Source: Tubiluchus corallicola (lineage: Eukaryota > Animalia > Priapulida). Taken from it: DNA of 64,000 bases. The notes beneath the pieces are model-generated. The model was not told the DNA's origin, made no database searches, and saw only the letters and a list, made by a program, of their open reading frames with translations. Positions 53,646 through 64,000 of the stretch are shown here, piece after piece; position 1 is the stretch's first letter, and each line of letters starts with the position of its first letter. A program made the position numbers and the translations under genes. The stretch covers positions 139,575-203,574 of the forward strand of contig JAQGDQ010000418.1 in the NCBI GenBank assembly GCA_030141605.1. The letters are read 5' to 3'.

Positions 53646-53722
53646 AAGAGACAGAGAGAGAGGCAAACAGAGAAAGAGACAGAGAGAGATAGATAGAGAG
53701 AGAGAGGAGAGAGAGAGAGGGG

Positions 53723-53759
<37 letters not shown>

Positions 53760-53765
53760 AGAGAC
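53520..53765. repeat. (TA)n and (GA)n microsatellite
   Basis: Direct inspection. Confidence 0.95.
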
Positions 53766-54384
53766 AAACAGCAATTAACGACATGTTAATTTCATTATCA
53801 CTTCATTTGCAGCTTTCTCTTGGGGAAAAATTGATTTGTTTCACCATCCGAAGCGCTGGGATTCATCCTATCTAAATAAATGATTACACAACTAACTGTT
53901 AACTAAATGCATTAATTTGACTTATTCTCGTCATTTTCCTTGAGTGATTGAAAAATTACCCTTCTATCGACCTTCAAGTAAAAAAACACTTACTTAAACG
54001 TCATAAATCATTCAGTCAATAACCATACTGACTAATTACTTTCTAATAATAAAGAAAGGAAAATCACTGGTCAAGACGCATCGGCAAATCCATAAATAAC
54101 AACAGTGGAAATCATTTCTAACGGACGCTTAGCGGATTAAAAACGTAAATTCGATGTTTCCGCCTGTCGGAGGAAATTAGAAATTGATTATTCGCAACAT
54201 ATTCTTCAAAATCAAGATTAGACGTGGGAGAAGATCTAGAAAATTACAGAAATGCCCCAAAGAATGTTATGAATGTTTTATAAAATGCGAAGCGAGACGT
54301 GAGTTATTGCACAGCGGATGAACAATTACTTCACCATGGAAAAATATGAAATTTATTGTTATATAAAAATCACGATATTAAATT

Positions 54385-54928
54385 GTGTAGAATATTTCAA
54401 GATTTTACGTGCAAAATAGTGGTGTTATTGCTTAGTAAATCAAGATATTCAAACATTTATAGACGAAAATATTCTTGAGATTGGTTCCCTTCTTTTGATA
54501 GTGCATTTCTGTCTTAAAAGATGGGTTCATTATTTGTATTATTATCTTTTGTTGCTTAGGAGGCAGCTGAAGGAATTCTAAAGCATCCTACATTATCCGT
54601 TTATGATTGTTTTGACTTTCATTGTTAAAAAGCAGTGGGCTTAAGATTTTTCCTTGCAGGGCGCCAGTCGACTATACTTTTTAATGTAAGCTTTTTTTAT
54701 TTCATCTATACGCCAAACTTATTTAAAAATGAGTTTGTGGTTGTTTTGACTTTCATTGTCAAAAAGCAGTGGGCTTAAGATTGTTCCTTGCAGTGCGCCA
54801 GACGAGTGTACTTTTTTAATGTAAGCATTTTTTATTTCATCTATAGGCACAACTTATTTGAAAATGCGTAGATTCAGATTTCCATGACCAGATGAGTGTA
54901 ATTCAGTTAAACTGCAGTCGTTTTGCCT
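54385..54928 (-). repeat. Inverted copy of the dispersed repeat at 33166-34085 (no RTE insertion)
   Basis: Reverse-complement match including two ~135-bp units. Confidence 0.85.
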
Positions 54929-55229
54929 TTATTTATTTATTTTTCGTTTTTTATGCAAGTAAGAATGTTACTAAGGTTGTTCTCATTCACTAATTGTGCT
55001 GTTGGGAGTCTAAAGGGTTTAAAGTGAAACATATAGCTAATTCTTTTTCTGACAGAATGGCAATCAAGCCAAAATAAGGTCACGTGTGATGTGTTCAAAA
55101 TTTCTTATACCTTAATTAAACTTAGCTACAGAAGTTCAATGTAGAAATGTAGTGCTGTAGAAGAGGCAAAAGTTGTAATGTAGCAATTTGGTCACGTGAA
55201 TTATTACAGTAATAAAGCTGCCATGATAT

Positions 55230-55972
55230 AGATTAGATTAGATTAGATTAGGTTAGGTTAGGTTAGGTTAGGTTAGGTTAGGTTCGATTCGATTCGATTC
55301 GATTCGATTCGATTCGATTAGATTAGATTAGATTAGATTAGATTAGATTAGATTAGATTAGATTAGATTAGATTAGATTAGATTAGATTAGATTAGATTA
55401 GATTAGATTAGATTAGATTAGAATAGATTAGAATAGATTAGAATAGATTAGAATAGATTAGATTAGAATAGATTAGATTAGATTAGATTAGATTAGATTA
55501 GATTAGATTAGATTAGATTAGATTAGATTAGATTAGATTAGATTAGATAAGGCTAGGCTAGGCTAGGCTAGGCGAGGCGAGGCGAGGCGAGGCGAGACGA
55601 GACGAGACGAGACGAGACGAGACGAGACGAGGCGAGACGAGACGAGACGAGACGAGTTTAGGTTAGATTATATTCGATTCGATTCGATTAGATTAGATTA
55701 GGTTAGGTCTGGTTAGGTTAGGTTATGTTTTGTTATATTATGTTATGTTATGTTATGTTATGTTATGTTATGTTATGTTATGTTATGTTATGTTATGTTA
55801 TGTTATGTTATGTTATGTTATGTTATGTTATGTTATGTTATGTTATGTTATGTTATGTTATGTTATGTTATGTTATGTTATGTTAAGTTAGGTAATGTTA
55901 CGTTGCGTTGCATTGTGTTGCATTACATTACATTACATTATGTTACGTTAGGTTAGGTTAGGTTAGGTTAGA
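55230..55972. repeat. Compound pentamer microsatellite (GATTA, GGTTA, GATTC, GAATA, GGCTA, GGCGA, GACGA, TGTTA)
   Basis: Direct inspection. Confidence 0.97.
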
Positions 55973-56389
55973 TGAGACAAGACAGGATTAAATTTTATCT
56001 AAATGCACATAGTACATCTTACAACTCCATTCAGGATTTCATTTACAATTTAAAATTTCCATAACTTTCGTCAATTGGCTAGATTTTGCTTTGCCTTTTT
56101 GGACATTCATTTATCTGGAGTGATGTCACGTGATTAGTCTGGCTTCCTATCATGGTGAAACAATAAATTATTTGCATGTGAATACCAACAGTTGGCTTGG
56201 CTGGTTATTTAATAAATAAGTCATAAGTGCCTAAGTGCCACGACAAGGCACAGTACTTAGCCGGGACATTGTGGGGAGGAGAGGGAGGAGGGAAAGTAAA
56301 TCCCACGGAGTTTTCCTTACAAAGTTATATTACTTACTATTACGCTTACTTATTTGAAAAACTTGTGTAATTAGAAAAGAAAATTCTTA

Positions 56390-56870
56390 AAAGAAAGAAC
56401 AAGTCAGTCAGTATGTGTTTATTTTATTGTTATCATTTAAACTGTTTGTGGTGTGCTAAAGGAAATAACAAGTCACTCAGCGTGTTGGGTTTATTTTACT
56501 GTTGTCACTTAAATTGTTTGTGGTGTGCTAAAGGAAAGAAAAAGTCACTCAGCATGTTGGGTTTATTTTACTGTTATCACTTAAACTGTTTGTGGTGTGC
56601 TAAAAGAAAGAACAACTCACTCAGTGTGTTGGGTTTATTTTACTGTTGTCATTTAAATTGTTTGTGGTGTGCTAAAGGAAAGAAAAAGTCACTCAGCATG
56701 TTGGGTTTATTTTACTGTTATCACTTAAACAGTTTGTGGCGTGCTAAAGGAGAAGACTAGTCACTCTGTATGTTGGGTTTATTTTACTGTTATCACTTAA
56801 ACTGTTTGTGGTGTGCTAAAGGAAAGAACAAGTCACTCAGTATGTTGGGTTTATTTTACTCTTATCACTT
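56390..56870. repeat. 72-bp minisatellite (~6.5 units)
   Basis: aaggaaagaacaagtcactcagtatgttgggtttattttactgttatcacttaaactgtttgtggtgtgcta. Confidence 0.93.
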
Positions 56871-58704
56871 TAGAAAAATATAACAAAGAAATTTGCAAAG
56901 AATTGCCTATAAAGCATAAATGTAAAATATACTACCTCTGAATAGAAATCTTCAGACGTGGTGGTTACCACCATTCGTTTTGAAAATTATGACGTAACTA
57001 GGAGATTTCGTGAGTTTTTCGTAATTGCATCGTGGTTTTTCGTAATTGCGGACTGCTTAAACTAATTCAAACTTCTGCAGCTTACGTAATGCTTACGCAA
57101 AAAATATCACAAAGTTAACTATCTAATGTTTTTGTAAGAACCTATTATACTTTTGATGAAGATTGACAGTGCGCTGCTTTTCTTCAAGACGAATGTTGTT
57201 ACAGCAAAACACGAGAGTTCCTTGCATTTTGTGTTCACTGCCGCCTTTATTTTCTAAAGTGGAAAACAAAACAATAGATAAAATCTGCAGCAATGCAGTT
57301 TGAACAAAAAACACAGAAGTTCAACAAAAAAATTAAACAGAAAATTGCTATGTATTAAATATACAAAAAACACTCACTTCGTACGGCCAAACTGTGCACA
57401 CCGTTTATGGATTGAAGCATAAAACATAAACTAATTTCTTACATCAAAATTGCACTATCGACATTACAACACATTGCATTATCCACAAAGCAGACAAATC
57501 TGCTCGCAATTCCTCTCCGTCCCCTTCGGTTTTGTCTCCCTCGTGCGGGAAAAAGAAAAAACAAATTATTTGGGCAATTTGCCGATAACAACCAATGACG
57601 TCATTGGAAGAAGAATGGGCATTATGGGAGCGCCAAGCATGAAGTGATCACGACTTTAAAAGCGATTTTACTAATTACACGAGGCGCTTATTGCAGTTTA
57701 ATTACTAAACCCTTCTTACATTTTTCACGAACATTGAAATAAACTCCCCAGGAAACTTGACTTTTCCTTTAATAATTTAAAATATTTGCGCCATCTAGTT
57801 AAAAGTCACTGCGTCTTTTTTTAGTCATATTGTAATTTCTTTTCTCTTTACTAAAACGTAAAAGTAAAACGTTGGTCTCTTTGACCAGTAAACCTTTATT
57901 AGTAAACATGTACTAATTACTCGTTGTTTCATCGTTGCTGTAAAAATGTAATACTCATCAATAATTATGCGCATATTTTAATTACTTGTTCTTGTTTTCG
58001 ATTTTAAAGTAAAATTACATACATTTAGAAAATTGCTACTAAACTCAATTGAGTATTTGTTTGCGTCGAAATTTCGAAAGTAATTGAATTCAGGACGTTC
58101 AGTGCCGAAGTTTTGCTCTCCCGCCTATTTTTAAAAAAAATCAAACTTTTTTAATAAAGTTAACAAGTTAAAAAAATTCAATTAAATCGTTAAATTCAGA
58201 TAAAATATTTTCCAAAGATGCAGATGAAGCATTTCTCGCAATAAAAATATGTCCCGACAAAACTTATAATGATTCCTTGCCGCAAAATTCATACATGACA
58301 TCTTGCCCAAACTTCTGCAGCTGAAATTAATACTAGTGCAAGAAATCGTGATGACTTAATTAATCTTAATCGACTTTCTGTCAGAGAGAGAGAATTATGT
58401 ACAAGAGTTTAATGGGAGCTTAATGGTCCTGACTAATCTGACCCTATTGTAATTACCAAACACACTTTGTGACCCAATAGAGATGCCTGTAATGGTCCAT
58501 TAATATGTCGTAACGCACGCAATAAGCTAATCAGTTATTCAAGTGAAATAACTCATTCCTGGATACAGAGTTTCTAAAAGCATCAATTCAGCCTTTAGCT
58601 AAAAAGTAGCAACTTGAGAGCAGGCTTCGAACCTTTAATTTATTGCTCAAATAGATGTTTAAATATTTTTGTTTATTTATTTATTAATGTCAAAAATACT
58701 TACG

Positions 58705-59207
58705 AGACATACATAAAATTTCAATTATGAAATATACAAAAAAACAAGACATACATACAATTTCAATTATGAAATACACAAAAAACCAAGACATACATAC
58801 TATTTCAATTATGAAATATACAAAAAAACAAGACATACATATAATTTTAATTATGAAATATACAGAAACCAAAGACATACATACAATTTCAATTACGACA
58901 TATACAAAAACAAGACATACATACAATTCCAATTATGAAATATACAAAAAAATAAGACATACATACTATTTCAATTATGAAATATACAAAAAAACAAGAC
59001 GTACATATAATTTTAATTATGAAATATACAGAAACCAAAGACATACATACAATTTCAATTATGAAATATACAAAAAAACAAGACATACATACAATTTCAA
59101 TTATGAAATATACAAAAAAACAAGACATACATACAATTTCAATTATGAAATACACAAAACAATAAGACATACATACAATTTCAATTATGAAATATACAAA
59201 AAAAACA

Positions 59208-59208
<1 letters not shown>
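58705..59208. repeat. ~42-bp AT-rich minisatellite
   Basis: aagacatacatacaatttcaattatgaaatatacaaaaaaac repeats. Confidence 0.93.
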
Positions 59209-60398
<1,190 letters not shown>

Positions 60399-61194
60399 CC
60401 AAATTTGCATGCTGTATCAGCAAACACTTAAAATGCATTGAGAAATTAATCGTAATAACAAATTAATTTTGGCAGCTTTTTAACTATTTGTGGCAAATTT
60501 ATAAGCAAACATTGTGAAACATGAGATATTTCACTATCTCATTTACGAGACCCAGTTCATAAAACTTAAAATGAGGTTGAAATGATCTATTTATCTGCAA
60601 TTAACAGTAGTGCTATTACTGAAAGAATGATAAAATTGTTTGTTATCCTCCTTGATGCATGATGTTTTGTCCCGCGAGGTATGAATATCGGCTAACCTGT
60701 TGGTTATTTTGAGGTTGCTGATGTTCCCTCCATACCCTGACCAGCTTTAGTGCTAAACTAAATGCTCATTTTAAAATAACCAGCTTGCGAAAATACTTTG
60801 CATGGCTTTGTTTCTTTCTGGAAGTGGTCCTGAAATCACAAACACTAAACTGCAAACCCTTAACTTCGTGTGATGGTCGCCTTTGATAACTCAGCTGCTA
60901 TATCGCTATTTGTGCTGTGTCATTCCATCCCTCGGCTTGATATATACGCAGACCATGTAATGTATGCAGACGACATGATTTGCATGTATTTACATAATGC
61001 CTTCGTTGGCAATTTGTTGAGAGCAAGAGAGTTGTTACGTCCTACGGGTTTTACGAGTTTTAGAAAATTAGAAATTCAGGAGAACGTAATTAGTCGTGTT
61101 TTTGAACAACGCCAGCAGAACGAAGCAGGTAAAATTAATCAATAGATTACAAGACAGATAAAAGTTGATAAGTATATAAGTATGCTAGCATCGC

Positions 61195-61850
61195 TTCATT
61201 ACCATCATCATTGTCATCATTACCTTTAGCAACAGCAGCATCGCTTCCAACATCATCACCACCATTGTCATCATCACCATCACAATCGTCACCATCATTG
61301 TCATCGTCATGGTCGTAGTCATCATTATTAGCAACATTATCATTATTTGCAACCACCATCAGCACCCCAACTGCCACCACCACCACCACCACCTCCACCA
61401 CCACCACCACCACCACCACCTCCACCACCACCACCACCACCACCACCAGCACCACCACCACCACCACCTCCATCACCACCACCACCACCATCACCACCTC
61501 CACAACCACCACTACCACCAACACCACCACTACCAACACCACCACCACCATCACCGCCATCACCATCACCACCACCACCATCACCGCCATCACCATCACC
61601 ACCACCACCACCATCACCACCACCACCACCACCTCCCACCACCACCATCACCACCACAAACACCACCACCACCACCACCACCACCATCATAACCACTACC
61701 ACCATAATCACCCAACACTACCATCATCATCATCATCACCATCATCATCATCGTCGTCGCCATCGTCATCATCATCATCGTCATCGTCATCGTCGTCATC
61801 ATCATCATCGTCACCATCATCGTCATTATCACCACCACTATCACCATTAT
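61195..61850. repeat. (CAC/CAT)n simple repeat
   Basis: Direct inspection. Confidence 0.95.
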
Positions 61851-62204
61851 TAAAAATTGAAATTGGAAATAATTTGGCTGGAAAGTAATCGTTAGTTTCT
61901 AATAACCGAGTAAAGCAATTGTGATACTATTTTATTACTCTACTTTCACACTTTTATCACTTCAGTAAATTGAAAATGCAGTAAAAGCGGAGAGAATTTA
62001 TTACCTCAACATTTACGGACGTGGATATTTTATTTAATCAGGTTTCCGCGAAATAGTAAATCGTCTCTTTATTTATTTAAATTCATTGCTTTTTATGCAT
62101 TTGCAAGTGGAAATTTAATGGCGTTTCGTAGAAAGATTCTTGATTGAGAAACAAAAAAGTCTGCCTGCTGAAAATTCATGTTTAAATTGAATGATTGCAA
62201 ATTA

Positions 62205-62722
62205 TCTACCTACCTACTTACCTAGCTATTTACCTACCTACTTACCTACCTACCTACCTAACTACCTACCTACCTACCTACCTACCTACCTACCTACCTA
62301 CCTACCTACCTACCTACCTATCTGCCTGCCTACCTATCTACCTACCTACCTACCTATCTATCTACCTACCTACCTACCTACCTACCTACCTACCTACGTA
62401 CCTACCTAACTACCTACCTACTTACCTACCTACCTACCTACGTGCTTACCTACCTACCAGCCTTCTACCTCATCCTATCTACCTACCTACCTACCTACCT
62501 ACCTACCTACCTACCTATACCTACCTACCTACCTACCTACCTACCTACATACCTACCTACCTACCTACCTTCCTACTTATCTACCTACCTACCCACCTAC
62601 CTACCTTCGTGCTTATCTACCTACCTACCGATCTACCTACCTTCGTGCTTATCTACCTACCTACCGATCTACCTACCTTCGTGCTTATCTATCTACCTAC
62701 ATACCTGCAGCAGCTACCTACC
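62205..62722. repeat. (CCTA)n tetramer microsatellite
   Basis: Direct inspection. Confidence 0.95.
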
Positions 62723-63354
62723 CGCCCTGGGCCGCCCTTGATATTCGTTGATTTCCTGCTATTCCGTAAGTTGACCGTTAAAGACTAATTTTGTTTTCAT
62801 CAATTAAACACTTACCGGAAATGCTGTAACACCAAACCTTAAAAACGGAAAGAGAAACTCATTTTGCCGCTTCCCTGTAATTTCGTCGCGGAAGGTAATT
62901 CTTAACCTCGGTAAATTGTCAATCTACCACGACTTCACGCATCGTAAAACGCAGATTGCAAAACGTGGCGAATTCGTTATTGGCAAGTCAGCTAAGATCT
63001 TGCGTTCCTAATCGCTTGGCTTCTGTCTATCCGGTTAATGAGGGCTTTTCGTTATCCGTGCATGAGAAAATAGTCCCGGACGCTGTAGGGAAGCAAAGCT
63101 TCGTTTAAAATTGAGTACCTTGTAAGTATAAGAAAATGACGAAAGGAATACTATGGCAAAACATGAATAAGCAAAACGATTACTCTAGGCAATGTGGCAG
63201 TGTCTAGGAGCAAATCTGAAAGCCCCTGAAACATCTTCTATAAAAGAAGCCAATAAAGAGGGTCCGTGTTTACGAGGTTCAACTACTCAAGGTCACGAAG
63301 TCAATGTCACACAAATGTGCATCACCACAGTTATACACACAATTATAGACAACA

Positions 63355-63523
63355 TATGCTATGCTATGCTATGCTATGCTATGCTATGCTATGCTATGCT
63401 ATGCTATGCTATGCTATGCTATGCTATGCTATGCTATGCTATGCTATGCTATACTATACTATACTATACTATACTATACTATACTATACTATACTATACT
63501 ATACTATACTATACTATACTATA
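63355..63523. repeat. (ATGCT)n-(ATACT)n pentamer microsatellite
   Basis: Direct inspection. Confidence 0.95.
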
Positions 63524-63599
63524 CATATTCAACAGGCCTATCTAATATCTTACCAAACTTACTTATCAGTCGTTTGCTATCATTGCCCCAGAAGAGAAT

Positions 63600-63928
63600 A
63601 CCCAATATGTCTTGTAATAAGTCTTTCAATATGCCTTCCAATATGTCTTTCAATATGCCTTCCAATCTGCCTGCAATACGTCTTTCCATATGTCTTCCAA
63701 TATGTCTTCCAATATGTCTTCCAATATGTCTTCCAATATGTCTTCCAATATGTCTTCTAATATGACTTTCAATATGTTTTCCAGTATGTCCTTCAACATG
63801 TGTTCCAATATGTCTTTCAGCATGTCTTTCAACATGTCTTCCAATATGTCTTCCAATATGTCTTTCAACATGTCTTCCAATATGTCGTCCAATATGTCTT
63901 TCAACATGTCTTCCAATATGTCTTCTAA
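63600..63928. repeat. 12-bp minisatellite (CCAATATGTCTT)n
   Basis: Direct inspection. Confidence 0.9.
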
Positions 63929-64000
63929 TCTGCCTGCTAAGTGTCAATATGTATGTAATATGCAACTTTTAAAACAGAACTAAAAAGTAAGCTCCTAACT

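Noticed and set aside
55247-55283. (TTAGG)n as an interstitial telomere
   Set aside because: Only ~7 units, embedded in register within a compound pentamer tract
56413-56760. Cys/His-rich repeat ORF resembling zinc fingers
   Set aside because: The 72-bp unit is a multiple of 3 and stays open by default; spacing fits no known finger; no splice or expression support
61147-63983. Pro-, Gly-, His-rich and PTYL/CYAML/EDIL ORFs
   Set aside because: Simple-repeat translations

Overview
AT-rich, microsatellite-dense invertebrate (metazoan) genomic window; the 5S-derived sequences are of invertebrate type. One confidently identified spliced gene lies on the + strand at ~1.3-6.9 kb: B4GALT7 (xylosylprotein beta-1,4-galactosyltransferase, six coding exons, 310 aa). 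It has in-phase downstream candidate exons (7.1-7.9 kb) that could replace its KNDL C-terminus with a longer tail. A second candidate gene is an intronless 434-aa orphan ORF (42360-43664) with an N-terminal membrane anchor and CRE/YY1 promoter motifs. The rest is mostly repeats: two copies of a 5S-rRNA-headed SINE with an RTE-derived tail, a Penelope-type minimal hammerhead ribozyme, a 5'-truncated LINE inside a (GACT)n tract, RTE/CR1-L2/Gypsy-like relics, TTAA-flanked Kolobok-like non-autonomous DNA transposons, other MITEs, many minisatellites and long simple repeats. Most ORFs in the supplied track are artefacts of simple repeats. There is no CRISPR or prokaryotic system. Repeat boundaries are approximate (read by eye), and family assignments rest on recalled motifs, not database searches.
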